From Lepidodermella squamata (Eukaryota > Animalia > Gastrotricha): 64,000 bases of DNA. The DNA is taken from assembly GCA_047495785.1 (NCBI GenBank), contig JBLDXI010000003.1:186001-250000 (forward strand). Direction: 5' to 3'. Below the pieces are notes generated by a model. That model saw only the letters and a program-made list of their open reading frames with translations, was not told the DNA's origin and ran no database searches. Below are positions 1 through 13,786 of this stretch, piece after piece (the first letter of the stretch is position 1; every line of letters begins with the position of its first letter). A program made the position numbers and the translations under genes.

Positions 1-2942
1 TCCATCAAAAAGGTAAACTCGCATGTTTGCGAATCGAATGGGAATTTTGTCAAATCCATGCTGCAAGACGATGTGAAAGTTCCGATTCGGTCCCAGTGGA
101 AGAACAGCGTTCTATTGGGCCTCGAAGCGTAGTAGATGATCTGAGTCTTTTCGCCATAATCTTGGCTGTTGAGATACACGCTTCTTGAAGAATTGGGCAG
201 GGCTATTTTCGGCTTCCAGAAATACATGTTATCAGCCGGGATGATTCGTTCGTTCAAGTCAACGCCAGGCGCTGTGTAGGTTTCGCTGCAAGATTCGACC
301 ACCCATTGAGTCAATAGAGAGCCCCATAGCGAAATTTCTCTATGAGCCTGGTCTATCTCGATTAGTTTCTCGATCGAGAAGGTCAAATACAGCGATGAGT
401 TCATTTCGGGCGATCGGCGACTAGCTGCTATATAAGGACATTTTTCAATATCTTGAAAGGTTACAGCTGGTTCGTAATTCCCGTCTATTGCATCGGGAAT
501 TGGTGATTTATCCAGAAACAGTAGCGTTTGGTCGGTAGGAGCCACTTCCGTTGTTTTGCTACCCGACTTCCTTGTCGTCCTCCGTGAAGATGTGGACGAT
601 ATTGATGATGTTGACAATGGAGCTGCTGTCGGGGCAATGCCGTCACTTAGCAGCCAGAATAATCTGTAAAAAAGATATTTTCTCACGCGGCTACAGAAAT
701 TCAGGAAATTATTCTCACGCTTTTCGGACAGAAATGCTAGCATCTTGGGTGCCAAGTGCTAGCATTCCTAGACAAGCTTTCGAGAACGCTTTTGATCCAA
801 AGCCAGGTACAGGAAGATTTTGAAAACAGGTGTAAGATGGCGTAAGGCCTTGGCCGGGCATTTTTGAAATCGAGATCTATTCAGAAAAAACTTTACTCTC
901 CAGGGATGCGTAAGCCACAGTTAAAAAAACATAAAGAATTATGGGAGCTTATTGTGGCTGTTAAATGCTGCTTGAACCACAATATTAATGAAATATGGCT
1001 GAAATGCTGTAATAGCCAGAAACTAACGTTTATTTCATCGTTGACATGTTGAACAGTAATTCGATAACTCGTGTTGACATTTGAAGAGAAAAATCCGGCA
1101 TCACCACATCCAGGCAACGAAGAACTGCCTGTTGTTGGAGGTAACGGGAGGTTTGCTGTTCGATTTGCATAATAAGCAGCGTAAATTTCTCCTCGATTAG
1201 CGGCTATTACTTGCCAAATGCTAAAGCCGTACAACTCTGCTATGCCAGTTACATCGTTAGTTGTATCTGACCTTGCTGAAAAACATTTGTTTCAATTAAG
1301 ATGGGAAAAATCATGATTTTATCAGCCTTACTCCAGTTAGGACTGGGGCCGCTTAAGCTGAATATAACACCAAGCCACGTCGCAGATCCGTCAGAACTCG
1401 GCTTCACATCCAATTCAATCTCGAACCTCCAGTCTTTGAAGTAATTGTTGATCGGCTGATACAAATATAAGATCATCTATATTTTTTGGAAATATAGCTA
1501 GTAATCTCACGCTCAGGAAATAAGTTGCGGTTTGAGATCCTGGCTTGATGAGCGAGTAGGAATTTCCATCATTGTTAGATTCTGTGAACCTAGTAATTGA
1601 TGCAAACTCGCCGGTGTAGTCAGCGCTGACGTAGCCACCGTATCGCAAACTGCCGTAATTGCTAGGAAGAGGCATCGCGTATAAATCAGGCTGCGGGGGA
1701 GAGTCCTCCGTCAATGTCCAGAAATACCTTAAGAAACGATTAATAAAATAAATCAAACCGCCAACTTGCCTTTTTTCTAAAAATGTCCCTTGAAAAAGAC
1801 AGTTGACACTCTGCTTTCAAAGCGATAATAATAGAACATTTCTTGCAAAAGCATTGGTTTTGTAGGTTTCGAATCCCAGACGACCCTTGAGTTTTATTGC
1901 ACGCTTTAAATCCGCAGAAATTTCCCGAAATTTGATCAACTGTAGGAAAAGATGTTGACTTACACTCGCTTGAGAAGTGCATCTCCATCAGCTCCATTAA
2001 TCGCGTAGAACCTCAGCCGCTGAGCTGCTTGTGCTATCTGAAAGCCGATATAGTAGTAAAAACCCGTGAATGTTGTTCTCATCGAGCAGGATCGCCCGCC
2101 AGTAATCGGAACCGATGCAACCTATGTATTGGGAAAATATTCCGGCTGCTGCGTCAAACCAATAAGTTCATACCGTTAATACGTCGATTGCGCTTTGAAG
2201 GATGAATCGCATTTTCGCCACGCCTGAAACGTCGAGAGCGTTCGATGCATTGCAGTTCGGGTCTAAGGAACGAGAATTCCAGTCGGTAAAAGGTAACGAC
2301 TCTGGATCGGTGGCTATGGTGTCTCGCCAAGAAATCGCCAATTTCCCCTGCGGCTCCAGCTTCAACCAGGCCCCTAAGCCAAAGCCATACCATCCGAACA
2401 AATTGTAAGAAGTTGCGCCGCTCGACAGATCTATTAGAGGCGTAACAAATAACCTTACTACACAATTTTGCAATAGCAAACTCGGGACGAGTCTTTCGCT
2501 GCTCATGTGAAATCCAAACCAAGCATTTGAGCCGTTAGTTTTGTAATTCAGTTCAACTTCCATCTCGATTCGCCAGTTGGTTGATCGAGGTGCGATATTT
2601 CTGTCCAAATTCTTCGAAAAACTTGGAAAATATTGTTTCTAACAAGTTATGAAATCCTACCGGTCCTTCGAGGGCAGCGAAAGAATCGTTGGGGTTGACA
2701 TTCGACCCTGTCATAGAGTTAAGCTGGTAGCCATTTATAACTTTTCGCGTCGAATAGAAACCATTGAACGAGCCATTTGCGTTAACGTTTGAGTTTTCAG
2801 CATCCATAGACATTTGGGGGTAGTAAAAAACAGGCCCTTGGAAACCCATCGGCAGCGGTAGATTTGCAACATCTGGTGTTGGATCGTAACCAGCCTGGGC
2901 TGGGATCAGAACTAATAGAAATGTGATAGCGTGTCTCAGCAT
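1..2942 (-). CDS. Lectin-like-domain Cys-loop channel paralog A (multi-exon; 3' end runs off the window)
   Basis: ATG at 2942 gives MLRHAITFLLVLIPAQAGYDP (signal peptide). GT-AG exons join in frame through two repeats (NWRIEMEVEL..., DWRFEIELDV...). The last exon starts at 663 and closely matches copy B's channel exon, including the Cys-loop. Confidence 0.85.
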
Positions 2943-3549
2943 GTTTCAAACATATTTCCAACTCTGTCTTACATTCGGTTCAGAATGCTGATATTTTTCT
3001 CGCCAGTATAAAAAAGCAGACAACTTGTTGACATTGAGTTCACCCATTAATAAGTTATGATTTTGGCTGAGCAGCTTGAAAGCATTCGGAGGCGGATTCA
3101 ATGTTTATTTCCTCGCTGTTTTGTATTAGCTACAATTCTAAAAGCTCTTTGATTTAAACTGAATTCATGCCTTTGCCATTGAGTGTCAATAAACTTAAGT
3201 CTGTAAACCCAAGTTTTCAAGCCAGGCTCGGAGTCAGAAAAATGACTCCTGTTTCTCGCTATGTATTATTTATTTGTTTTGAGTCTCGAGAGCTTGAGCT
3301 AAAATGTATATCTCGCCCACTGAAAGTTCGCAGTGTCATGTGAAAAAGACAAATGCTAACACGCATCAAAAAAACTATAACCATGGACATCACGTGTCCG
3401 CGAAGTCTGGTGATTTCGAAATGAGCTTGTGAACACTGCCAAAGCGAGTTATGTAACATAAACATTGCGATATCAGCCCAGGCCCACGGAATCGCGGAGC
3501 TAAATTTTCATTTACCAACTGATTCCGCACTGAATAACAATTAGCAATG

Positions 3550-4010
3550 ACAGGTTCGTCTCAGACGATTCACGAAAAACGGTTCATCGGCGAGCAAATT
3601 AGTAAAAAAAAAGCAATTCGCGCCAATATTTTGAAACGCCGAAATTATGGCAATAATAAAAACTAGACGTACAGCAATTACCAGATTCCAGACTCTCTGT
3701 TTTTTCTCTGTTCCATGAAGGGCTTTCAAATGATATCGCAGGCTTGGGCGAAAGAACGACTTGACTAGAATAGAAAGAAATGGCATAGAATTGTCTGTGT
3801 GGCGTAACGCATTCGATGCACACAAAAAACGTTGTGTTCTATTCTAGTCAAGTCGTTCTGTCGCCCACCCCGCGAGGCCGCATCTCGGCGCCGGTCTCAT
3901 CCCAGGGAATTATCATGGAATGGGAAGGGAATATAATAAAATTCGCCCCGGTGTGCCCAGCCCGCCTAGCGCAGTCATTATTTTTATCCACGCTAGACGA
4001 ACCGAGAGAC
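3550..4010. repeat. Foldback/MITE-like inverted repeat
   Basis: ~3742-3775 is the reverse complement of ~3837-3870; weaker outer inverted matches at ~3553 and ~4000. Confidence 0.4.
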
Positions 4011-4046
4011 GGGAAGAACCAGTAGCAAGCTTGAAGCATGCATGAA

Positions 4047-4357
4047 GCTAAACTGCAGTGCCAATGTATAGATTGATAGCCGAAATAGCTTCAAGGGCCG
4101 CCATGAAAGCTAAAGTATCGACAACTCGAACGAATGAAATGCTGACCTTCCAATGCTTACAGTTCTCGATAAGAGCGCCTGTTTATCACGCTTAGAAGCT
4201 AGATTCGTCAGAATGATCTCATAGACCGTGATGGCCGTGCTACCACGACAGAAGATAACATGAGAATGTAATTCGTGTATAGCAGCTGTTTTGAGGTCTC
4301 TGAAACGCTGTTCCGAACATCGGACTGTGCCACAACCAGTGCTAGCATAACAGTTGA
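4047..4357 (-). pseudogene. Orphan fragment of channel M2-M4 (copy C-like)
   Basis: Highly similar to 13785-14092 but with small indels; cut off by the adjacent transposase remnant. Confidence 0.8.
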
Positions 4358-5770
4358 ATAAAAATGAAATGTTTTCGTATTTTAATTTACTTCTTACCTT
4401 ATAGTATTACCCTAAAACTGACATGGGCAGGCTCCAATTCCTCTGCGCTAACGATGGCACGCCACTTGGCTATGTTTGGGCTAAATCAGCGGGTATTTTC
4501 GGATTTGATGGTGAAAGTCCCAAAATTGATGGCAGAAAGCATTTTCCCCATTTTTGATTAGGCCAAGGCCAGCTATTAGATCAAGACCAGCCTCGCCGCA
4601 TGAATATTTCACTCGAGAAGGATCAATCTGGCCAAAGTTAGGCTCAGAATTGCGAGATAGTAACACCCAAAAATGTAGACATAAAATTGATCGGCTGGTT
4701 TTCGTGTTTTTCGTGTTTGATCGCTGATTGTTCGACATCAATCGATGTGGCGTTGCGAGGCTATCGTTTTCAAGGCAGTCCAAACAACCTTTGCAACTCA
4801 ATTTCTGGAGCCGAAGCTTTTTGATAACGAAGCCGGCAATATACGACAGTACTTCATCCGTGATAGATGAGAAACAATCTTGACTTTCAATCGCCTTTTG
4901 TAGCATTGCGTCTAGCTCCTCTATTTCTTCCCAGCTTTTGAAGTCCATTTCACCGGCTGAATTCACCCTATTTTCGTCCGATCCGTTATTTTCAGCGAAA
5001 TCGAATATGTTGAGCTCATTAAGGCGGATCATTTTCTGCACATTCCCACCTTTGGCGAAGACGAATCTTTGCAACACATAGCCTCTCAAAGCCGCCAATA
5101 GCTGTGCAGGGCTTGGATTAGCAGCAAACCCGTTGAACTGCCTCACAAATGCGAATGTCAATTCGAGGGTATCTTGTAGAAGAAAGAAAGTGGGAACATT
5201 TTCGAAATTGCAGTTGAACAGCAAATGTTCCATGCCAACAACACCACATTTCAAACTGCTAACCACTGCCATGTTATCAGCAAAACGTCTATGGCTTCAT
5301 TTACCTTCGATTTCCAGGAATCAAATGTTTTTTTAGTCACGGGGTGACGATTCGCATTTCGGTCATTAAATGACCGCTGGTTAAGACAGTCCCATACGTT
5401 ATTTATTATACGACAGTAAATCTCAGTTCCTTCCGAATCCTGGAATTTCGCCTTAGTAAGATTCAGCTGCTTCTGAAGACTTAGTATGCGAATTTCTTTT
5501 CTATCAACAGTTGAACGCTCATCTTTGCGCTCTTAAGCTCTTTAAGCTCTTTACGCAAACTCGCTGCTGATTTTTTGCGCCGACCCGGCTTTTCCCGACG
5601 TTTTCGCCGGCTGACTGTTCGGGAATCGTTCGGCGATGACGACGAGGACGATGATTGAGCAAGAAAAGAGTCGTCGAATGAAGGCAATTTTTCTTTATAG
5701 AACGAACGAACAAAGCCCATGAGATAAATGGAGCATTTTTGTGTAAATTACTTCGGAATGTTTTCAAAAC
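4358..5770 (-). mobile_element. Degenerate P-element/THAP9-like transposase remnant
   Basis: ORF 4481-5272 has QDTLELTFAFVRQFNG..NPSPAQLLAALR and YIAGFVIKKL..CxxC, recalled as C-terminal motifs of P-superfamily transposases; frameshifted and incomplete. Confidence 0.65.
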
Positions 5771-6499
5771 CGATTTTTAAGTTAATGCTAATTACTTTAA
5801 GGGTTACACTTATTTTAAAATTATTTAATTCATTTTCATATACAAGTAAATAACGAAACAAATTCTGCAAATTTGGTGAGCGGATTTCTCCGCGGAAAAT
5901 AGAGAAAAACTCCGCGGAGAAACGCCCGCAGCGAAAGTGTCACCTGTAAAAATAACCCATTAGCAGCGATCGTTATTTTCCTGCTTCGACCAGCAAAAAT
6001 CTCATTCATGAAAATCGCTCGTCATCTCCCCGGTCGCGCTGTGTGTGGGTTACGTTGGCGCGTGTCGTCGCGTGGGCGGTTGCGATCGCGAAACTCGTAG
6101 CGATCTGGCTGGTGGCTGGCGCGGTTGATGGGTGGCTTCCTTAACAGCAGCGACGAGCTGCGACTGCGACTGACTCACGCATGACAGCTTCAATCTTGCT
6201 GACCGCGCTATTCTACACCTCTGGGTCGTTCTCCTTGGCCGGCGGACATGGCCCACGGTATAGATGGTTTGGCTATCTGCCTGGATGGTTTGCAGTTAGG
6301 ATCATAGTCTGATCCATAAGACCGGGTGGTTAGAGCGCTCGCAGTCCACTCCAAGTGGAACGGCAATATCTCGTGGCAACGTGTCGAGGGAAGAATCGAT
6401 GGCGTAAAACTCGACCTGGTGGATGTCGGCCAGTCGGTGATGTGCACGCGCGTGGCGGCTGGTATTTCCGCTAATTCTAGATCCGCAATTTTGTGAATT

Positions 6500-7490
6500 T
6501 CCCCCATTGCTCGCCGCTGCTGGTCCACCGCTGCTCTCCCGTGTGCTACCTTTCAGGCGGGGGAAGTGATGATGGGGGACTGCACACGTTTAACCTACGC
6601 CCGCCCCATCGCGAGCCTCAAGAAAGTGTTTCAACTTGTACCCACCGAGTACCGGAATTTTATTTCATCCTGCGACTTCGGTCGGCCGCTGTCGTGAGCA
6701 ATAATTCTTGTGCAGACGCGGGCGTTGAACCCGTGCCTCACTAGAACGACACCAGCATACCCTATGCTAGTTGCCTAACCCAGTGCTCCGCAAACGTTTT
6801 TCACCGCCGGCCATTTTGGCGGCCTTAAGGCCTTGGCTTCGGCCGCAGAAACAATCAGACCCTTCCCCGGCCGCCCCAACATAGGGAATTCTCTTTCATC
6901 GGCCGCAATTTTAGCTTCAAGCACATTTTTCTTTCGCGACAATGCTATTGCTTATAGACGATGAGGTTAACAAACAGAGGCCGTTATTAGCAGGTTAATT
7001 CAACTGGCCTGAAAAACGAACTTCAACTACCTTAGCCGACTGCTTCCCCTTAACTTGAGTCAAATTGAGAGCCGGAGAAGCGATTCCTTAAGCGGTACTT
7101 CGTAAGCGAGTCTATGCGCAGAGAGAACGAAGTGATCATAGGCATACTGCAAACAACCAGACAGGGCTGGGGGTCATCAACTTCCATTCGCGTAAATTGT
7201 TCTGCCCTACCTGATTCCCACTCGAACTAAGATGAGGGAAAATGCTCCAGATTGCCGCATTTGAACCACAAAACCAGAGGTCTATAATATATGCGAGCGA
7301 AGCGAGCTTTAGCAAACGGTATTTCGCAGAAATGTTGGCTGAAAATGGTCTAAAATAGGCTGATTTTCGCGTCATGATAGAAGGAAAAGGGGAGCCGGCC
7401 GCAATCCAGCCATTAATGGAGAAAAGCTCCGGCCGCGAAGAACTCCTCCGAGAACTTAGAACTGGCCTAACCACTAGGCCACTGTGTCAC
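6500..7490 (-). mobile_element. tRNA-derived SINE copy split by an insertion
   Basis: 6500-6780 is a reverse-complement match to the SINE at ~17950-18230; its missing head (GTGACACAGTGGCCTAGTGGTTAGG) lies at 7466-7490. Confidence 0.75.
6781..7464. mobile_element. Non-autonomous DNA element (hAT-like) with 8-bp TSD
   Basis: Direct repeat GCCTAACC at 6773-6780 and 7465-7472; termini CAGTGCT.../...AGAACTG; interrupts a SINE. Confidence 0.7.
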
Positions 7491-8265
7491 AATATTTTAG
7501 CGCTCAATTCCGGACCCCGCTTAGTTGCGTGCGCGACGCCAACAATGATTGTGCAATCAGAGGGGAAAAGATTGCGAAAAGATTGGAAAAGATTGATCAA
7601 TGATTGTGCAAACGCCGAAAATTCAGACAATGACGTTTCGATGGCGTTAAATATAGATGTGGCAAGTGAAAAGTTCATTTATGTTCATGTTATTGTTCAT
7701 GGGCGCCAATTTTTGTGGTTGCGACTTGTTGCATTCATGGACGACGTTGACAGAAATGAATTGTTGGTCTTCGACTCACACGCTATAGGATCAGTGCCGA
7801 AAATCTGAAATCTGCAGGGCCACGCGATCAATCCTACCGGCGAGGTGAAACGACTTGACATCGCATATCGCGTTGAACTTACCACATCCGCCGGATAAGA
7901 GTTAAAACGAAAACTAAATCGACTGCTTTATTCCTCCTCAAAAAACAAAAAATAATGAAACTTCACACTTAACTAATCAAAATAAAAATTGGGCCTAATT
8001 TCTTTTTCATATGAAACAATTTTCGTGTACTATCGAAAAACGAACGAAAAGCTTTTTATCATGTACCGTATAGATGATATTCCGTGCGAGCTGATTTTTC
8101 GGGGGAAATAAAAAATTGAAGGTTTGAATAATTCCTGAAAAATAATTCCTCAAGAACTAAGACGTTAGATAATAAACAACGGGGTAGTAAATTAAAGTCC
8201 AAGTACGCTCAAGCTTCGGTCGAATCTGTCAAACTATTATTGATTTGCAATTTCAAAGCGAATAT

Positions 8266-11200
8266 TTACATGACAGTAATCACAAGATGGAGATTGACGC
8301 CGACGATGGCTCCTAAAGCAACTAGAAAAGCCATGACATCGATGAGCCGCAGCAATGTGACTTCATATCTCCGTGCTACCATCGTTTTCGCCCCATACAA
8401 AAATCGTCGATAGCTTGCAGTATTACAAATGGCTGTTACAAGAATTTCGTAGATGGTGATAGCTGCTACAACCGCTGACAGCATTAGAACGTAATTCGTG
8501 TAAAGCAGCTGTTTCGAGGACTCAGAAACGCTGCTGAGAACATCAGATTGCGCTACGACCAGCGCTAGCATAACGGTCGAGCATAGGACAGGCCGATCCT
8601 CAACACCAGGCTCCATGAGTATCGATCCAAGGGCCAAAGCGATTAGCAAATAGCACGGTATAATCAAATTGACGACGTAGTACGTTGGATCGCGTTGGTA
8701 AGCAAGGATGATCTTGCCATAGGAAACAGGCGCCCCAGTTCGAGAGGGCGATGGACAAGTTCCCCGATACGTCTTTGAGTTAACCATGGTCCAAATTCCA
8801 TTGGAAAGGGATGCATAGGCTCGAACATAGACCCTAGCTATAGAAACATATGCAGCCGGCTCGTCCATCAAAAAGGTAAACTCGCATGTTTGCGAATCGA
8901 ATGGGAATTTTGTTAGATCCATACTGCAAGAAGATGCGAAAGTTCCGATCCGGTCCCAGTGGAAGAACAGCGTTCTATTGGGCCTCGAAGCGTAGTAGAT
9001 GATCTGAGTCTTTTCGCCATAATCTTGGCTGTTGAGATACACGCTTCTTGAAGAATTGGGCAGGGCTATTTTCGGCTTCCAGAAATACATGTTATCAGCC
9101 GGGATGATTCGTTCGTTCAAGTCAACGCCAGGCGCTGTGTAGGTTTCGCTGCAAGATTCGACCACCCATTGAGTTAGCAGAGAACCCCATAATGATATCT
9201 CCCTGGCAGCCTGGTCTATCTCGACTAGCTTTTCAATGGAGAAGGTCAAAAACAGGGATGTATTCATTTCGGGCGATCGGCGACTAGCTGCTATGTACGG
9301 GCATTTTTCAATGTCTTGAAATGTTACAGCTGGTTCGTAATTCCCGTCTATTGCATCGGGAATCGGAGACTTATCCAGAAACAGTAGCGTTTGGTCGGTA
9401 GGAGCCACTTCCGTTGTTTTGCTGCCCGATTTCCTTGTTGTCCTCCGCGAAGTTGAGGACGATATCGATGATGTCGACAATGGAGCTGCTGTCGGGGCAA
9501 TGCCATCACTTAGGAGCCAGAACAATCTGTAAATAGGATATTTATCTCACAGGGCTACAGAAATTATAAATCGGTTCTCACGCTTTTCGGATAGAAATGC
9601 TAGCATCTTGGGTGCCGAGGGCTAGCATTCCTAAGCACATGGCTCTCGAGAACGCGTTTGATCCAAAGCCGGGTACTGAAAGATTTTGAAAGCAGGCGTA
9701 AGATGGCGTAAGGCCTTGACCGGGCATCTTTGAAATTGAGATCTATATTAAAAAAAGAGGAAAATAATATTAAAACCCCGGGGATGCGAAATCCATAAAG
9801 GCTGTTCGATGTTCGACCATCAAATTAGTAACGACATATGGCTGAAAGACTGAAACAGCCAGCAACTAACGTTTATCTGGTCGTTCACATGTTGAACCGT
9901 GATTCGATAACTCGTGTTGCCATTTGAAGCGAAAAATCCTGCATCGCCACATCCAGGCAACGAAGGACTGCCTGTTGTTGGAGGTAATGAGATATTTGCT
10001 GTTCGATTTTCGTAATAAGCGGCGTAAATTTCTCCCCGATTAGCGGCTAGAACTTGCCAAATGCTAAAGCCGTACAACTCTGCTACGCCAGTTACTTCGT
10101 TAGTAGCATTGGACCTCGCTGAAACAAAACAAATAATTTCAATTAAGCATGGGATATCATGTATCTGTCGTATATAATCCAAGCCTCACCCCAGCTAGGA
10201 CTTGAGCCGCTTAAGCTGAAAGTCATGCCAAACCATGTCACAGATCCGTCTGAACTAGGTTTTACATCCAATTCAATCTCGAACCTCCAGTCTTTGAAGT
10301 AATTGTAGATCGGCTGATAAAAACATTATTTGCTTTTTTGCTTGGGAAAATAGCAAGCAAGCTCACATGCAGGTAGTAATTTGCAGATTGATATCCTGGC
10401 TTGATGAGCGAGTATGAATTTCCACCATTGTTAGATCCTATAAACCTAGTCGTTGATGATAACTCGCCGGTGTAGTCAGCGCTGACATAGCCTGCGTATC
10501 TCAAACTGCCGTAGTTGCTAGGAAGAGGCATCGCGTACAAATCAGGCTGCGGGGGCGAGTCCTCCGTCAATGCCCAGAAATACCTTAACATGAAAAAGTC
10601 AAACATGAATAAGCTAAACATGAATAAGCTAAAAGCTAAATAGCACTTAACTCATATGCAAAAACTTCTTGATTCGAATCCTAAAAATCAGATAATTACG
10701 AATATCGGCCTTCGACCTTAGACAGTTGACGGGGAACTCCCCGTTTTATAAGCGGGCATATCCTCATTGATGTACGCTCCGATTACCGAACGAACGAACG
10801 GACGAACGACGGAACACGGCCGACGACAACGGTGAGTTCCCGTCATAGCTTTTTGTGTACAATTCATGTAAATTCGCATTAGATGAAGGTAACTGGTAGG
10901 TAAATCATGAAAGGATCTGAAATTTATCCCAATATCACCCAATAGATTGTTACGCACATTTTCTTGAGAAGAGCATCTCCATTAGCTCCATTGACTCCGT
11001 AGAATCGCGGCCGCATAAGCCCCTGTGTCAATTGGTAGCCAATATAGTAGGTAAAACCTGAAAATGTAATTCTCGTTGAACAGGTTGGTCCACCAGAAAT
11101 CGGAACCGATGCAACCTGTGTATGCGGAAAATATTCCGGCTACTACGTCAAACCAAGAAGTTTATACCGTTAATACGTCAAGGGCGGTCTGAAAAATGAG

Positions 11201-11968
11201 TCGCATTTTCGCCACGCCTGACGAGTCGAGAGCGTTCGATGCATTGCAGTTCGGGTCAAAAGAACGTGAATTGGAGTCGAGGAAAGGTAGCGGAATCGGA
11301 CCTGATGTATCTAAGCTGTTCCGCCACAAAATGGCAAAATTACTCTGCGGCTTGAGCTTCAACCAGGCTCCTATGCCGAAGCCGTAACTAGAGAACAAAT
11401 CGTAGGAAGTTGCTTTGCTCGACATGTCTATAAGGGACGTAACGGAATCAGTTCTATAACATGCGAATCATTTTACTTGGAACAAGTCTCTGCGAGCTGA
11501 GCTGGAATCCAAACCAAGCAGTTGAAGACCCGCTTGTTTTGTAGCTCAGTTCAACTTCCATCTCGACTCGCCAGTTGACTGATCGCGCTGCGATATATTT
11601 GTCCACGCTCTATGAACAAAAAATACATCCGTCGAATATAACCGAATATCAAATCATACCGGTCCTTCGAGCGCAGCAAAAGAATCATTTGGGTTGAAAT
11701 TCGAGCCCGTCATAGAGTTAAGCTGGTAGCCATTTACAACTTTTCGCGTTGAGTAGAAACCACTGAATGAACCATTTGCGTTAACGTTCGAATTCTCAGC
11801 ATCCATAGATATTTGCGGGTAGTATAAAACAGGTCCTTGGAAACCGATCGGCAACGGTAGATTAGCAACGTTGGGTGTAGGATCGTAAACAGCCTGTGCT
11901 GGGATCAGAACTGATAGAAATGTGATTGCTTCTGTGAATTTTAGCAAGTTGAAATACATTTTCAACAT
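8266..11968 (-). CDS. Lectin-like-domain Cys-loop channel paralog B (9 exons)
   Basis: Signal peptide, two repeats and a channel exon (ORF 8266-9525) with CSMDLTKFPFDSQTC (C-x13-C), pre-M1 Arg and four hydrophobic segments. Confidence 0.9.
10727..10845. mobile_element. Small TIR element in an intron of paralog B
   Basis: TGACGGGGAACTCCCCGTT ... AACGGTGAGTTCCCGTCA inverted ends with internal (CGAA)n; absent from the equivalent intron of A. Confidence 0.5.
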
Positions 11969-12599
11969 ATTTAAGTCTTCATTAGGTTCGAAATGCTGAT
12001 GAATACTTATCTTGCGATAGCAAGCAGAAAACTTGCTGACATTGCATGAGTTTAACCATTAATTAGTCATGATTGAAATCATCTACAATCTGCAGCGTTT
12101 TGGAGTTCAAATTGATGTTTTCCTCGCCGTTTTGTATTTGCTTCTATCATGAGAGCTCTCCGATTTGAACTGAATTCGTCCATTTGCATTTCAAGTTCGG
12201 TGCTCGCTGTCACGTGGAATAAGAAATGTAGCTAAAAAAGCATTTTATAAAATTTATAAACTGAATGTTTTATCAGCATTATGTATTTCTTGAACTAATC
12301 CCCCTCCCATCGCTCCTCACGTCACGTGGGAAATGACACATGCTAACGCCGAACAAAACAACTAAAACCCTGGACACAACGTGTCTGTGAAGGCAAGTAA
12401 TTTCGAAATAGGCTTGCCAACTCACTAAATAGCGTGGTAATGTAAAAATTGCGATGTCAGCCCAGGCTCTCCGAAATCGCGGAGATTAAATTTTGAATTT
12501 TGAAGATTGAACATTAAATTTATTCCGAATTCCGAATTTCAACAGATAAGATATTTTGCCTGGCATTTTGTAATAATAGAATACAATACAGAAGTCAAA

Positions 12600-12915
12600 T
12601 AGAATGTCATTACCATTCGAATGGCAACTACATTTGGACTGACCATACCCGCTAAAAAGTACACCATTTGCATGTAAGCAGCATCGCGGAATCCCTGAAC
12701 TGGGAAATTCGTGAAGCAATCGTATGCAGACGTCAATCCGTTGGCCGGCAATTTCGCTACGGAAACATTACCGGAATCGCTAACAGCCTGGACAAAAACT
12801 CGCATACCCGGGTGCATCGAAAAACGACGAGTCTCCGCATCCCGGGGATGAAGAAGATATTATCCTAGGTGGTGGCAGCCGGTGCCTGGAAGAAGGTTTT
12901 GCCAAATGCCAAATT
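12600..12915 (-). pseudogene. Orphan fragment of the second lectin-like repeat exon
   Basis: Encodes VSVAKLPANGLTSAYDCFTNFPVQGFRD, matching copy C at 15230-15560, with deletions and frameshifts. Confidence 0.8.
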
Positions 12916-13786
12916 TCAAAAACACATCGTTAGCGACGTTGAATAACTCGGATTTAGGCTTGTTTACATCCGTTTCAAGGTGGCAGGTGACAAGATTAAA
13001 AGGCGGCGTTTTTAACGTGAAAACACGCTTTCACGTTATTAATTAAACTTTTAGCGCAGTTTAAAAATTCAAATTCGACCCACCTGTTTTTTCTTATAAC
13101 GTCTGTCGTAGCGCCATTTCGGAACCCTATATAGTGAGCGGTCAATCCGAAGCAAGAAAAAATGAATGAACAGTTATGATGATCGATAAAATGATACTTT
13201 CATATTTGCGGGCGGAAGGATTCAGCGGAGTGGCCGACTGTCTTTTTTTTCTTACTTTATCTTTGTAATTTCAACGCCAGAAATAACATTCTTTCTGAGA
13301 AACAAAAGATACGTCCTCTGTTTAGGGAAAGTCAACCTACATTGGATTCGCTACTTACATTGGTAAGTGCTTAATTATTACCTGCAGTTCACTTTACGAC
13401 GATGATTTATTAAAAAATAAAGTGTAGCTAAACGTCAAGCGTCAAGAGATAATTGAGAAGATTTAATCATTTGAATGCACAAAAAGAGAAACAGGGCCGA
13501 GAGGTATAGCAGATAGGTACACATTTTATATCGGTTATTGACATTGGACATTTGATATATGGTGATTTTTTACATAGATTCGATTTTATCTAAACATGCG
13601 TTGCTACTTTTTTGGCGAAAAAGATCATCGTACATATTTTGAAATGTATAAAATAATATTTCGAAACACCAAACGGACACCTGATTTCACGTGTGATTTC
13701 AATTCATGCCCAGGCAATACAATAATGGCTTACATTAGTCAACAGAATTTAATACAGTTTACTGTTTTAGCCAATTTTACATGTGG

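Noticed and set aside
8266-9525. Assigning an nAChR or 5-HT3 gene symbol
   Set aside because: Binding residues are missing and orthology cannot be established by eye.
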